Assembly (NCBI GenBank): GCA_003650925.1
Contig: QMSP01000006.1
Span: forward strand, 18,971 to 82,970
Origin: Thermoprotei archaeon
Lineage (GTDB): Archaea > Thermoproteota > Thermoprotei > QMSL01
DNA length: 64,000 nucleotides
Direction: 5' to 3'
Positions 48,356 to 59,399 of this stretch are shown here, piece after piece. The notes below the pieces were generated by a model. It worked only from the letters and a program-made list of their open reading frames with translations. It had not been told where the DNA came from and searched no databases. How positions within the stretch are numbered: the stretch's first letter is position 1; every line of letters starts with the position of its first letter. The translations under genes and the position numbers were made by a program.

Positions 48356-49696
48356 TTATCGAGGAGGCAATAGATATGCATGGATAAATCTACCACCATA
48401 TATAAGCCTAGCCACCGGTGGAATAATTCTTCTCGTCCTAAACATCATCTTTCTAAGGACTAATACCACGTATGAGCCATGTGAAGCTTCCTTCACAGTC
48501 CTCACGACGCTTGGTATCATGGTCTCTATCCAGTACTTCAACTGTATGTCTGGAGCCACCAGGACTACGTCCTCAGGAATTATTGAAACCAGCTGCCTCA
48601 GCTCATGATACTCTTCAAGAGTTATGCTAGGCCTTATGTACTGAAGTTGTAACATGAACTGAGGTGCTATGAGGCCTAGAAGCGTAAGCGCAAGAGCTAC
48701 ACGCGCTTTTTCATCTCTAGCTTGACCTACTAACAGACCTAGAATGGGAGGGGCCAGGATAGCAGTCATCAAATTAAACCTCCACAGAAACTTCTCAGGA
48801 TGTATAGGAGTATTCAAAGCTATCAGAACTATTGAGATAGAGCTAAAGAACCTCCTATCAACATCCTCAGGCAGCTTCAAGGCTGTTATGAATCCAGCGA
48901 TGCCTAGAGCTAATGGAAAGACCAGACGAGGTGCAGTCCTCATCATGAATAACACGCCCTTCACTTCGTGACTGAATAGGCTTCTAAGATAGGAGAATCC
49001 TTTGTAGAGATCTCCTCCCATGACATTAACGAACATAAGCCTCATCATTAGAATGGTAAGGTTTGTAGCAATGGGAGGAGCCAAGTACTTGAGATGACCT
49101 TGATCACGTAGATATTCTATAGCTAACAGCATCAGTATCGCACAGGCTATGACAAAGTCCAGTATATGCGTCAACCCTGTCATTAGGACGAAAACTGAAG
49201 CCAAGATTGAATACCACAGGCTGGACTTCTTCAGGGCTAGATAACAGAAGAGCATCATGAAGGATAGAAAGGTAAGGCCCATGGCGTTCTTTATAAGATC
49301 AAAGCTCAACCTGATCAGTTCTGAGAGAAGAGCATATGAAGCGGTTGCCATCAGTCCTTCTAGGATACTGGAATAATTTCTCATCATGTAGTACATGGCG
49401 TACATGCCCAGAAGAGTTATCAAGACCGAACCAACCTTTATGCCGCTCACCAAATCCCCTATCATAGCCGAGAAACCGGCTAGTATATAGAAGGCAAGAG
49501 GAGGATCAAAGTACTTGAGACTTCCCCGCACGAACAGCGACTTTACTTGAATATAATAATAAGGTCCATTTATGCCATAGAGGAGAGGTGATGAAAACTG
49601 CTTAAGCATGTATATACAGAACACTGCCAAGAACAATGAGGTGACTAATGAGAATTCAAGCAGGTGCCCTCTTTTATGGACTTCGTGCTTAGGCAT
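48356..49696 (-). CDS. polytopic membrane protein, possibly GT-C-fold glycosyltransferase-like
   Basis: At least 10 TM helices at the N-terminus with a C-terminal soluble tail. The family is uncertain. Confidence 0.4.
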   Translation of the reverse strand: MPKHEVHKRGHLLEFSLVTSLFLAVFCIYMLKQFSSPLLYGINGPYYYIQVKSLFVRGSLKYFDPPLAFYILAGFSAMIGDLVSGIKVGSVLITLLGMYAMYYMMRNYSSILEGLMATASYALLSELIRLSFDLIKNAMGLTFLSFMMLFCYLALKKSSLWYSILASVFVLMTGLTHILDFVIACAILMLLAIEYLRDQGHLKYLAPPIATNLTILMMRLMFVNVMGGDLYKGFSYLRSLFSHEVKGVLFMMRTAPRLVFPLALGIAGFITALKLPEDVDRRFFSSISIVLIALNTPIHPEKFLWRFNLMTAILAPPILGLLVGQARDEKARVALALTLLGLIAPQFMLQLQYIRPSITLEEYHELRQLVSIIPEDVVLVAPDIQLKYWIETMIPSVVRTVKEASHGSYVVLVLRKMMFRTRRIIPPVARLIYGGRFIHAYLLPPR

Positions 49697-49832
49697 GTTA
49701 AGATCTCTAAAGGGAGTCGATTATAACGTCAACGCACAAGGAGGAGCATGTGGCAACCTCCTATGATGATATGCAGAAGCTTAGGAGCTATGTTTATTAC
49801 TATTCTCCTATGATTTCCTTTTAGGGGCCATC

Positions 49833-51026
49833 TTGGATACTTTAGTCATTGAGGATGCCCGCATAATCACGCCCTTCAGGGAAGTTATTCATGGTGTTAT
49901 CATAGTTGAGGAAGGTAAGATAAAGGCCCTAGGCAAGATGGGCGATGTACATATACCTAAGGATTCTATAAGGATCAATGTCAGAGGAAACATAGTCGTG
50001 CCTGGTTTTATCGATATACACCTCCATGGTGGAGGTGGAGCTGATGTCATGGATGGAACCTACGAAGCAGTAAACATCATCTCTAAGATTCATGCTGAGG
50101 GAGGAACCACATCGATGGTACCAGCTACGGTTTCAGCTCCCTTGAAGGACATCATTAGGGCCATAAATGCAGTCAGAGAGGCCATGAAGAGGGGAGTCGA
50201 TGGAGCTAAGGTATTGGGTATACACATTGAGGGTCCTTACATCTCCAAGGAGCAGAAAGGAGCTCACGATGAGAAGTACATAAGGAGTCCTACTAAAGAG
50301 GAGATAGAGGCCCTTGAGGAGCACCTCGATGTGATAAGGATAATAAGCGCAGCCCCAGAGGTTAAGGGCTGTCTTGAGCTGGGAAGAATCATGAGTAGCA
50401 GAGGTGTACTCATGTCCATAGGCCACTCCAACGCTACTCTAGATGAGGTCCTATTGGCCATTGAGGCTGGATACCGTCATGTAACGCATCTCTACTCTGG
50501 TTGCTCAATGGTTAGAAGGATAAGGGCCTATCGCTATCCTGGGGTTGTAGAAGCTGCATTTCTACTGGACGAGCTCACTGTGGAGATCATAGCTGATGGA
50601 AAACATCTTCCTCCTTCTCTCATAAGGCTGATCTTGAAGAATAAAGGCATTGACAAAGTCGCCATAGTCACCGATGCCATGAGAGCAGCTGGCCTTCCAC
50701 CAGGCAGATATAGAATTGGCTCGGTTGAGGCTATAGTGGAGGAAGGTGTTGCTTGGCTCCCTGACAGGTCAGGCTTTGCAGGCAGTATAGCTAAGATGAA
50801 TCAAATGCTAAAGGTTCTCGTAAAAGAAGTTGGGCTTAGGCTTCAGGATGCAATTAAATTAGCGACCATAAACCCAGCACGAATAATAGGGGTTGATAGA
50901 AGAAAGGGAAGTCTGATAGAAGGCAAGGATGCTGACTTAGTGGTGATGGATGCTGAACTCAACGTGCTATTAACCATGGTAGAGGGTCGAGTAGTCTATA
51001 GGAGCGAGGAGCTCTTCACGCAATAG
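49833..51026 (+). CDS. nagA: N-acetylglucosamine-6-phosphate deacetylase
   Basis: PGFIDIHLHGGGGADVMDG metal-binding motif with an amidohydrolase fold. Confidence 0.85.
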   Translation: MDTLVIEDARIITPFREVIHGVIIVEEGKIKALGKMGDVHIPKDSIRINVRGNIVVPGFIDIHLHGGGGADVMDGTYEAVNIISKIHAEGGTTSMVPATVSAPLKDIIRAINAVREAMKRGVDGAKVLGIHIEGPYISKEQKGAHDEKYIRSPTKEEIEALEEHLDVIRIISAAPEVKGCLELGRIMSSRGVLMSIGHSNATLDEVLLAIEAGYRHVTHLYSGCSMVRRIRAYRYPGVVEAAFLLDELTVEIIADGKHLPPSLIRLILKNKGIDKVAIVTDAMRAAGLPPGRYRIGSVEAIVEEGVAWLPDRSGFAGSIAKMNQMLKVLVKEVGLRLQDAIKLATINPARIIGVDRRKGSLIEGKDADLVVMDAELNVLLTMVEGRVVYRSEELFTQ

Positions 51027-51096
51027 TACGCCAAGGGCACTTCACTCATAATAGGCTAAATTACCTAATAGTAATTACAGGCGGAGGTGTGACTAC

Positions 51097-52002
51097 ATGA
51101 AAATCAATTTGGCTTGGCTATACGCCATAACAAAATATGGCTATCCTCCTTCCATAGAGGATATGTATAGAGCTATTAGTGATGCAAAGAGGCTTGGCTT
51201 TAGGGCTATAGAGCTAGAGGTCTATAAGGAACGTAATCTCGTGGAGGTTGAGCAACATAAAGAGAAGCTGAAAGAGCACATTAATAGCTTAGGGCTGAAA
51301 GTAGTCAATGTAGCTGGCATATTTCCTGAGATAATATCGCCTGATGAGAATGTGAGAAGAAAAGGCCTGGAGCTCTTCAAGAGATCAGCTGAGCTCGCTG
51401 TACACTTCGATGCACCACTAATTCAGACAGACACCTTTACTCCTCCAGTTGAATTCATAGGGACAAGACCTTACAGCACCGCCATTATATTCGCCGAGAG
51501 GTATAGAATCAGAATACCTGCTGACTTCTCCTGGAGGAAGTTCTGGAGAATGCTCGTAGAGGTCATGAGGCAGTGTGCAAGTATCGCTGATGACTATGGT
51601 CTTCGATTTGCAATAGAGCCAAGGATAGGCGAGACCATAAGCAACACCGATGCTATGCTAAGACTTCTTGATGAGGTAAATAAGGATAACTTCGGTGCTG
51701 TCTTAGACACAGGTCATCTCCATGCAGCTAAGGAGCTGATACCTTTGTCAATTGAGAAGCTTAGTGGACGAATATTCTACGTTCACGTATCTGATAACGA
51801 TGGCAGAGATAACTATCATTGGGCTCCAGGCAGGGGAACTATTGACTGGGATGCTGTTTTCGAGGCTTTGAAAAGACATAACTTCAAGTACTATATAGCC
51901 ATAGACGTAGGAGGGCCTGACATTAAAGATATCCTGGACGAAGAAGTCACTAGAGCAAGAGAGTTCATAGAGGAGATGGGTAGAAAATATGGTCTTTGGT
52001 AA
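51097..52002 (+). CDS. sugar phosphate isomerase/epimerase (xylose-isomerase-like TIM barrel)
   Basis: AP-endonuclease-2 / xylose-isomerase-like TIM-barrel motifs (IELEVY, VLDTGHLHAA). Confidence 0.7.
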   Translation: MKINLAWLYAITKYGYPPSIEDMYRAISDAKRLGFRAIELEVYKERNLVEVEQHKEKLKEHINSLGLKVVNVAGIFPEIISPDENVRRKGLELFKRSAELAVHFDAPLIQTDTFTPPVEFIGTRPYSTAIIFAERYRIRIPADFSWRKFWRMLVEVMRQCASIADDYGLRFAIEPRIGETISNTDAMLRLLDEVNKDNFGAVLDTGHLHAAKELIPLSIEKLSGRIFYVHVSDNDGRDNYHWAPGRGTIDWDAVFEALKRHNFKYYIAIDVGGPDIKDILDEEVTRAREFIEEMGRKYGLW

Positions 52003-52124
52003 AGCTCCTAGCCATGACACCCCCCTTACTGAATCCTCATTTGGAAACCATTACAACTAACTTACGTATTCAATTCTTCCCTTTTCTAACTTGTACTGGC
52101 GAGCTCCTCTTCACTTATGAGCTC

Positions 52125-52880
52125 TCATGCTGGTTTTTGCCCTATCACGTAACAGTATCCTATATAGTCCTTGTACTTTCTGAAGATCTCCATGTATTCG
52201 AGCATAGCTTTGAGTACATCAGGTCGTAGGACGAGCTTGCAGAGAAACTTTGTCAAACCCACTACACCCAGCTCCTTGACAAAGGCTCTCCCCATATCAG
52301 GGATCTCATCTGTAAAGTCAACGGCTATAATGTTGACAAGCCCTAGCTTCTCAAAGAATCCTTTCCACTCCTTCAAGGTCATGGTTTGAAATCCTTCCCA
52401 TACCTCATAAGCTCTTTGCACTAGCTCCTTTGGTGGCTCTCTTCTCCACATCATCTCTAGGTCGCCAATATGTCCTCCTGGCTTGAGCACTCGAATGAAC
52501 TCGCGAAAAGCTCTTTCCTTGTCTAGGAGAACTGTTGTACACTCTGCTATAACTATATCAAAACTATTATCTTCAAATGGTAGGTTATGCGCATCAGCTA
52601 CTCTAAAGTTAACCTTATCCTCAAGGCCTTTCATTCTGGCTAGCTCTCTTGCATACTCAATCATTCTCTCAGAGACGTCTATACCAACCACATAACAATC
52701 ATATTTCTGAGCTAAATAACAGGCTGTTACACCCTTTCCACAGCCTACATCAAGGACTCTCTTTCCCTTCCCTATACCGCATGCTCTTGCCATCTCATCA
52801 GTTTTCCTTAAACCACCAGGGTGCAGAACCTCTAGGCCGCAAGAATAAAGGAACTCATCAACACTAGCCATTCTCACCAC
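52125..52880 (-). CDS. class I SAM-dependent methyltransferase
   Basis: Motif I VLDVGCGKG and motif II VVGIDVS. Confidence 0.8.
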   Translation of the reverse strand: MVRMASVDEFLYSCGLEVLHPGGLRKTDEMARACGIGKGKRVLDVGCGKGVTACYLAQKYDCYVVGIDVSERMIEYARELARMKGLEDKVNFRVADAHNLPFEDNSFDIVIAECTTVLLDKERAFREFIRVLKPGGHIGDLEMMWRREPPKELVQRAYEVWEGFQTMTLKEWKGFFEKLGLVNIIAVDFTDEIPDMGRAFVKELGVVGLTKFLCKLVLRPDVLKAMLEYMEIFRKYKDYIGYCYVIGQKPA

Positions 52881-52979
52881 TTAATGATCCCCACATGATT
52901 ATCTTCATCCTCATGCCTAAATCTCTTACCCACTTCCTCTAGCTAACAAAACATAGTAGTCGCTCTCCTCGCAGAGCTC

Positions 52980-54137
52980 TCATCTTCTCCTTGAGAATGT
53001 GATTAGAGTAGGAATTGACAATAGGGATATTGTCGCTGCTGTGAAGTACATGATTTCGTATCCCAGCTTCTCAACTATGAATCCCATCATGTAGTTGCCT
53101 ACAAAGCTTCCAAGGTTCATGAATATAGTGTAGAGGCTCAAGGTTAGACCTTTCATGTCCTCTGGTACTGAGTCAGATAGATAAGCCGTGCTGACGACGT
53201 ATAGTCCTCCAAAGGTAAGACCATGAAGGAGCTGAACTAATATGACCAGCTCTGGTCTGCCCACAAGCACTGTTAAGGTGTATCTAGCTGGGTAAGCTGC
53301 TAGGCAGAGCGTGATGATCTTCCTCCTGCCTACTCTATCTGAAAGAGCTCCTATGTATATCATGGCGGGAACCTCAGCCACAGGAGTTATCGTAAAGGCC
53401 AGTGAGCTGATGAAGCGACTTGCTCCAAGGCGCTTAGTCATGTACAGAGGCAGGAAGGTGTAGTAGGCTGGTGTAGTGAGCGAGGCTATGAATATGGCTA
53501 ATAGCAGTGAATATACAGCACTATTGGTCAGCGCCTTCTTAAATGCTTCTATGCGAAGGCTGTTAAAGGCCTTGCCTCCTTGGGCATATAACTTCTTTCC
53601 ACGTCCTCCAATGTAGAATAGAAGAGCTGAAGTCCAGAAGAACAATGACGATGTAATGAATGCTACTAGAAAGCCCACGTTTTCTGTGATCCATCCTCCA
53701 AGGAAAGTACCCAGTATCCAGCCCAGAGCTCCTGAGGTTCTAAACTTTCCAAAGCCAGATCCTCGTGAGGTCCTGATGTAGTCCATTGCTATAGCCCCTG
53801 AAAGTGTCATGTATGAGTAGGCCAGGGCGACGTATGCTGAATGCATGGCCATGAACGAGAACAAAGCCCTTAAATATATGTATGCTGGAATTAGCAAGGC
53901 CAAGCCTATCCCTATGATGCCCTGAACCTTCTCTCTATTCATGACATCTGAGAAGTGGCCTATTAGCACTATAGGAACAATGGACGATAAAGTGGCTACA
54001 GAGACCACTAGCCCTATCTGGGAAGGTGATAAGCCCCTTGATGACATATAGATTGGGAATATGGGGAAAACAGCTCCAGTGGCTGCGTATAATAGGAATG
54101 TCGCTATCCATAGTCTTGTGATGTCTGTAAGGCTCAT
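52980..54137 (-). CDS. major facilitator superfamily transporter
   Basis: About 12 predicted TM helices. Confidence 0.65.
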   Translation of the reverse strand: MSLTDITRLWIATFLLYAATGAVFPIFPIYMSSRGLSPSQIGLVVSVATLSSIVPIVLIGHFSDVMNREKVQGIIGIGLALLIPAYIYLRALFSFMAMHSAYVALAYSYMTLSGAIAMDYIRTSRGSGFGKFRTSGALGWILGTFLGGWITENVGFLVAFITSSLFFWTSALLFYIGGRGKKLYAQGGKAFNSLRIEAFKKALTNSAVYSLLLAIFIASLTTPAYYTFLPLYMTKRLGASRFISSLAFTITPVAEVPAMIYIGALSDRVGRRKIITLCLAAYPARYTLTVLVGRPELVILVQLLHGLTFGGLYVVSTAYLSDSVPEDMKGLTLSLYTIFMNLGSFVGNYMMGFIVEKLGYEIMYFTAATISLLSIPTLITFSRRR

Positions 54138-54389
54138 AGTACTCGTTGATTCTACGGTACTATGCTCATATATTTAAGCCATGTGGTCTACATTATCATA
54201 GCGCCAGCTCATTAAGCCTTAGCGATAATCCTCATCGTAAGGAACATCCCCATTCTCTAGCTCATTGACTATCGTCCTAGAAACACATTCTGAGTCGAAG
54301 GTGAAGTCTTCTACTCACCAGGAACTATTTTCCCATTTCAGTTATAAATAGGAGATAAAATTATTGTAGTTGAGCTGGTTAATATCAGG

Positions 54390-55973
54390 CTACTTGAACC
54401 AACAGCTAGGCAACCACTCCTGCTCTGCTCTTAACATGTCGTCTAGTAGCCTTTCGGCAATATCTATTGACCTTACGTATCCATCCATTAGCAGTGCCTG
54501 AAGAGCTAGGCTTCTATCACCACTTAGTGCAGCATCTATAGTTATCTCGTACTGAGCTAGGCGTTGGGTAAGGATACCTGCTATAGCCTTAGGCAAGGGT
54601 CCCATGTTAAGCGGATGTACGCCTGTTGCATCAACATATGCAGGAACCTCCACTACGCCCCATGAGGGCAGGTTGGCTATTACACCTTTATTGGGCACAT
54701 TAATGCCTGGGAATAGAATGCGTTTGTCCAGAGCTATGGCCTCCATGAGCCTGACAACTCCTATCCCCTCCTCCTCAAGCCCTTTCACCTTCAAGAGCTC
54801 ATCAACACTCCTCTCACCAGAGGCAATTCCTTTCAGTAGCTTCTCAAAGGGCTCTCTCAGCTTATAGTCATATATAGTGCCCTCAGGGAAGCGTGGGATA
54901 TCATACTTCTTCATGGCCTCCTCATGCATGAACAGATGTGGGAAGAACTCTGCTACATGCCTGCCTCCAGGCGCAGGTATGAGACCGAAGATACGATAAA
55001 GCTTCAACGTTATAGCTATCTCTCCTCTATCAGGAACCCCTTCCTTGGCTAGCTTCTTCTCTATTAACTGATATCCTGGCTCTCCCTTGACTGAGAAGTC
55101 AATGATCCAGTATAGGTGATTTATGCCTCCTACATAGATTTCAACATCATCAGGCCTTACGTTAAAGTATTTTGCTAAGTACCATTTAACACCAAAGACT
55201 CCTGTACATAGCCCGTAGGCCTTTATCTTGGTCTCCCTCTGAACAACTCTAGTTAGTGGAGTTAGCGGATTAGAGTAATTAAACATATACGCTTCTGGAC
55301 ATAGATCCTCCATGTCTCTAGCTATGTCTAGCAGGACTGGAACATGCCTTAGAGCACGCATTATACCGCCAGGGCCTACGGTATCACCAACGGTCTGCTC
55401 TATGCCATATCTTCTAGGTACTTCAACATCAACGTGAGTGGCCTTCACACCACCAACGCCTATGGTTATTATGACAAAGTCTGCTCCTTCAAGGGCTTCC
55501 TTCCTCTCAACATGCTTCTCAATCTTTAGCTCTCCAGCCTCTCCTCTCCTCCTAAGGGCCTCTATAAGCTTCACTCCAACCTTGTACATGACTTCGAGTA
55601 TCTCTGGGTTTATGTCCACTAAAGATATAGTCAAGGAGGCATCTCTAGCCATATCACTTAAGGCGAGCCCCTTCAAGAGCGATGGCGTAAAAGTAAGGCT
55701 GCCGGCACCTATCAACACAACCTTAACATCATCCTTCAAATAGACCACCTCACAGCTCCTAATACCTATTTTAGCCTCTATGTATAAAAGTTTCAGAGGA
55801 ACATGTCTGCAAATATCAAAATTACGACATGAAATGGAAGCTATAGCTCTTCCATGCAGAGTCTCATACTTACCATTAAGAGGACGTGCATTACACCATC
55901 TTGTCACTTTGACCTTACCTCTGAAACTGATCACATCAGACATGATGAGCTTGAATGAACTCAACCAGGACAT
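54390..55973 (-). CDS. glycoside hydrolase family 4 (NAD+/Mn-dependent alpha-glucosidase / 6-phospho-glucosidase-like)
   Basis: N-terminal Rossmann motif KVVLIGAGSLTFTP and the conserved Cys-containing region (AYGLCTGVFG). Confidence 0.8.
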   Translation of the reverse strand: MSWLSSFKLIMSDVISFRGKVKVTRWCNARPLNGKYETLHGRAIASISCRNFDICRHVPLKLLYIEAKIGIRSCEVVYLKDDVKVVLIGAGSLTFTPSLLKGLALSDMARDASLTISLVDINPEILEVMYKVGVKLIEALRRRGEAGELKIEKHVERKEALEGADFVIITIGVGGVKATHVDVEVPRRYGIEQTVGDTVGPGGIMRALRHVPVLLDIARDMEDLCPEAYMFNYSNPLTPLTRVVQRETKIKAYGLCTGVFGVKWYLAKYFNVRPDDVEIYVGGINHLYWIIDFSVKGEPGYQLIEKKLAKEGVPDRGEIAITLKLYRIFGLIPAPGGRHVAEFFPHLFMHEEAMKKYDIPRFPEGTIYDYKLREPFEKLLKGIASGERSVDELLKVKGLEEEGIGVVRLMEAIALDKRILFPGINVPNKGVIANLPSWGVVEVPAYVDATGVHPLNMGPLPKAIAGILTQRLAQYEITIDAALSGDRSLALQALLMDGYVRSIDIAERLLDDMLRAEQEWLPSCWFK

Positions 55974-56080
55974 TCAGGAAGACTAGGATCGCCCTCTTGG
56001 CACTAGCGGGCAAGTCAGGCTTCAAAGCTGTCTGAGCAACTAGCCTTATCTATGGATTCACATCATCTCCTCTAACGGAG

Positions 56081-56779
56081 ATGCTACGTATGAAGAACAT
56101 TGGCATTGTTGGTGGCCTAAGCCCTGAATCAACTATCTTGTACTACAAAACCATAGTCGAGGAGTATAGAAAGCGATTCCATAGTGAGGAGTATCCTATC
56201 ATAATAATCTATAGCGTCAACTTCGGCATGTTCACTAGGCTTATGGAAGAGGGCAAATGGAGAGAAGCAGCTTCTCTCCTTGTTGAAGCCATAAGATCGC
56301 TACACTCAGCTGGTGCGGACTTTGCTCTCATAGCCGCTAATACTCCTCACATGTTCTTTGAATACATAGCCTCAAACTCTCCCATTCCTCTACTCAGCAT
56401 AATTGATACACTTGCAGAAGTCCTCAAGAAGGATGGAGTTGGAAAGGTTGGGCTTCTTGGTACAAAATTCACCTTAACGCAGGATTTCTACGTCAGAGGC
56501 CTTGAGAAGCATGGCATTAAGGCAGTAGTGCCTGACCCCGACGACATAAACGTAGTCAATGACATAATATACAAGGAGCTGGTAAGAGGGATCATCAAGG
56601 AGAAGTCGCGAGAAATGTTGATTGAAATAGTTAGGAGGCTCATAAGGAAAGGCGCCGAAGGAGTTGCTCTAGCGTGCACAGAGTTGCCATTGTTGATAAG
56701 TGGAGTAGTTGATGGAATAAAGCTATACGATACTGCCAAGATTCATGCATTGAAAGCTCTGGAATATGCACTGGAATAA
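56081..56779 (+). CDS. aspartate/glutamate racemase family protein
   Basis: Two-domain Asp/Glu racemase pattern (IGIVGG...SPEST, and a C-terminal ...VALACTELPLL carrying the Cys/Thr catalytic pair). Confidence 0.78.
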   Translation: MLRMKNIGIVGGLSPESTILYYKTIVEEYRKRFHSEEYPIIIIYSVNFGMFTRLMEEGKWREAASLLVEAIRSLHSAGADFALIAANTPHMFFEYIASNSPIPLLSIIDTLAEVLKKDGVGKVGLLGTKFTLTQDFYVRGLEKHGIKAVVPDPDDINVVNDIIYKELVRGIIKEKSREMLIEIVRRLIRKGAEGVALACTELPLLISGVVDGIKLYDTAKIHALKALEYALE

Positions 56780-56968
56780 CCCTTTTTATAGCTCAACATC
56801 ACGCGAATAGCCTCATCATCTCTTTAAGCCCTTTATGTGACCACACGTCCTCACCTGACGAGTCTGCCGTAGGCCTGGTCTTAGGCTCTGTATATGGTGA
56901 GATCGAGAGAAGGCTCTCTATGAGCTAATGGTGAGGCTGATGATTGAGGTGAAGAGGAGCTCATATCT

Positions 56969-58627
56969 TCATGATTTCCTCTTGGACACTATCACATATA
57001 TCGGCTCTGACGTAATGCCTATTTGATCACTTACTGGAAGAGGCGTGCCCACGGCGTTTAATATCTGGACTATCTTTGACTTCGAGATGTCCAGGTCAGC
57101 CAGTGATATGGTAATGTTTACAGGAGGATATGTCCATACAATGAAGCAGTCCTCATCCTCTCCAGAGAATACATGAGCTTGGACTACATGATCAATCATC
57201 ATAGTACACTTGTAGCGCTTACCTCTTAGGCAGTTGATTAAGTTGGCATAGGCCACGTATACAGGCTTTGGAAATCCCCAGTAGTCTCTTAGACCGAAAT
57301 GATCCTCAACGTCGGTAGCATTATGTCCTGCATCTCTATAATTATACCATATTATCTTCTCTACACCAGCACGTAGTGCGAGTACATGGATCTTTATCAT
57401 GTAGGCCACCTCCTCTCTTCGGGTTAGTCCTCTAACTGGGTGACCATCCGAGTACATCTGCGGTACGCCTGCATCATTCTGTGGTGCACCAACCTCTGTA
57501 TACCATATGGGCAGTTCTCTACCATACTTCTGCATCAGCTTCCTCACCTGCTGTATGAACTGATCATGCCATGTCTCAGGAGTCTCAAAATTCGGCCATT
57601 TATAAGGATGTAGTGAGAGGATATCGACCAAGTCAGCAGCACCACTTCTGAAGAACTCCTCTAGAGCCTCAAAGTCGAGCTCTGCGATCTGATATGCGAT
57701 TTTTATGTTTGGATTCACCATGTCCTTCGCTTCACGAGCCACTCTAAGCTTTGCTACTAGGTTCTGCCAATAATATGCCCACTCATCCTTGTTTCTTCTC
57801 CAAGCTAAATTCTCCTCAAGCCCCAGCTCCCATACAGGCACATTAGGATCCGTGCTAAATAGCTTGACTAGATAGTCACGTAGGCTCATCAGCTGCCCTT
57901 TTGAGATAGGTCTTGTGTTATCACATCTCCATGGCCCTCCAATAACTAGAGGTATCTCTATCCTACCATGGCGACGTCTATAGTCCATCTCTCTACGCCA
58001 CTGGAATGGAGATGAAAACTGCAAGTCTGTCAATGTCTTAATCCATGTAGCACCTAAGTACGGATCTTCGACATCCATGTGAACTACTCCAAAGGGTGAT
58101 GAAGGGTCTGACATCATCATCTTAACTTCAGGCAGGACAGCAAAGCCTATTTCTCTCATGGGCAGGAACTCCACATCTTCTGGCAGGAAGTATAGGCCAT
58201 AGTAGCCAACCCTAACATCATCTGGAGAGGGCACTATGTTGCGCTGATTAGGCCTTAGAGGTATTATATCCGATAATGGCTTTTCTGTGTAATCTCTCCA
58301 TTGGCAGCCCAAGTTATCTGGAGGCTCTCCAGATAGCACTTGTAAGGTGACTTCTACGCTGAACCTCTTCCCAGGCTCAAATACGTGATAGGGATTATCA
58401 TCGTGCACAATAACTCTTATTATAGCTTTACTTGAAGGAGTCGTCCCTTTTATTTCATGACTACCCTGTCTTGAGCTCCAGCTCATGAAGTACACCATGC
58501 CTCCTAGTACGATTGCTCCGAGAGCACACATCGATATAGTGTATGCTAGAAGTCTACGATAATGCATGACTACATCAGGCGTCGAATGTCTTAGTACATT
58601 ACCATAGCTCCCAATCATAGCTCTCAA
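56969..58627 (-). CDS. membrane-anchored putative glycoside hydrolase (clan GH-A-like TIM barrel)
   Basis: N-terminal TM anchor. The soluble domain carries IWYTEVG (the NEP/TE nucleophile context typical of GH-A) and an earlier ELGLEEN-like acid/base region. Confidence 0.45.
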   Translation of the reverse strand: MRAMIGSYGNVLRHSTPDVVMHYRRLLAYTISMCALGAIVLGGMVYFMSWSSRQGSHEIKGTTPSSKAIIRVIVHDDNPYHVFEPGKRFSVEVTLQVLSGEPPDNLGCQWRDYTEKPLSDIIPLRPNQRNIVPSPDDVRVGYYGLYFLPEDVEFLPMREIGFAVLPEVKMMMSDPSSPFGVVHMDVEDPYLGATWIKTLTDLQFSSPFQWRREMDYRRRHGRIEIPLVIGGPWRCDNTRPISKGQLMSLRDYLVKLFSTDPNVPVWELGLEENLAWRRNKDEWAYYWQNLVAKLRVAREAKDMVNPNIKIAYQIAELDFEALEEFFRSGAADLVDILSLHPYKWPNFETPETWHDQFIQQVRKLMQKYGRELPIWYTEVGAPQNDAGVPQMYSDGHPVRGLTRREEVAYMIKIHVLALRAGVEKIIWYNYRDAGHNATDVEDHFGLRDYWGFPKPVYVAYANLINCLRGKRYKCTMMIDHVVQAHVFSGEDEDCFIVWTYPPVNITISLADLDISKSKIVQILNAVGTPLPVSDQIGITSEPIYVIVSKRKS

Positions 58628-58780
58628 CCGCTTAGCCTAGAGCGTCCAGTGGACAGATAACTTCCTTGACTATATATCAGATATTCAGTATTTCTTCTCT
58701 CAACATCAGACATCTTACATCCTCAGTCATTACTATCGCAGAATACTCTTAAATGCATAACAGAGTCCTCTGTCCTTCAT

Positions 58781-59344
58781 CTAGCCTTTAGGCAGTCCTA
58801 TGCATGTTGGTGTCTTCGACTTGTATTTCAAGTACTCCTCTCCGAATATGCGCTTGAGGTAGGGCTCCTCCAGCTTGACAATGTAGTAGTGGCCAGAGAT
58901 TATAGTTAGCAGTGCTATTAGAAGTGCATAGCCTGAGAGGCCTGCTAGAGCAATGCCTAAGCCCATAAGATACCATCCTAGGAACTGAGGATTCCTGCTC
59001 CACCTGTAGATGCCAGTGGTTATAAGGCTTGATACCTCCATTCCCACGATCCTGCGCACAGAGTGAAATTCGATCATGCCTATCAACATTATGGCAATTC
59101 CCAACATCGCTAAGGCCACACCAGCAGCCTGTACAATGATTCCATCTAGAGGCAGTCGCCATGCTCCATAAATTGACGAGAACACTATTATCAAGATGTC
59201 TAAAGCGTCGACAACAAGCCACCCCACTGAAACGCCTGTTGATAGAGGTCGTCCCTGCTCATAGAGATTTCTGGTCTTGAACAATATGTATATGCACAGC
59301 AAGACCAGTACAAGAGTGGCTATGTACAACATGAACAACATCAT
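58781..59344 (-). CDS. isoprenylcysteine carboxyl methyltransferase (ICMT/PEMT) family membrane protein, copy 1
   Basis: YRWSRNPQFLG...LEEPYLKRIFGEEYLKYKSKTP is the ICMT signature RHPxY...EE...FG..Y..Y. Confidence 0.7.
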   Translation of the reverse strand: MMLFMLYIATLVLVLLCIYILFKTRNLYEQGRPLSTGVSVGWLVVDALDILIIVFSSIYGAWRLPLDGIIVQAAGVALAMLGIAIMLIGMIEFHSVRRIVGMEVSSLITTGIYRWSRNPQFLGWYLMGLGIALAGLSGYALLIALLTIISGHYYIVKLEEPYLKRIFGEEYLKYKSKTPTCIGLPKG

Positions 59345-59399
59345 GTGCTTGTGCCTCCTTCCTGATATACTTCATGAACTATAAAAGCTTAATGTGCTT

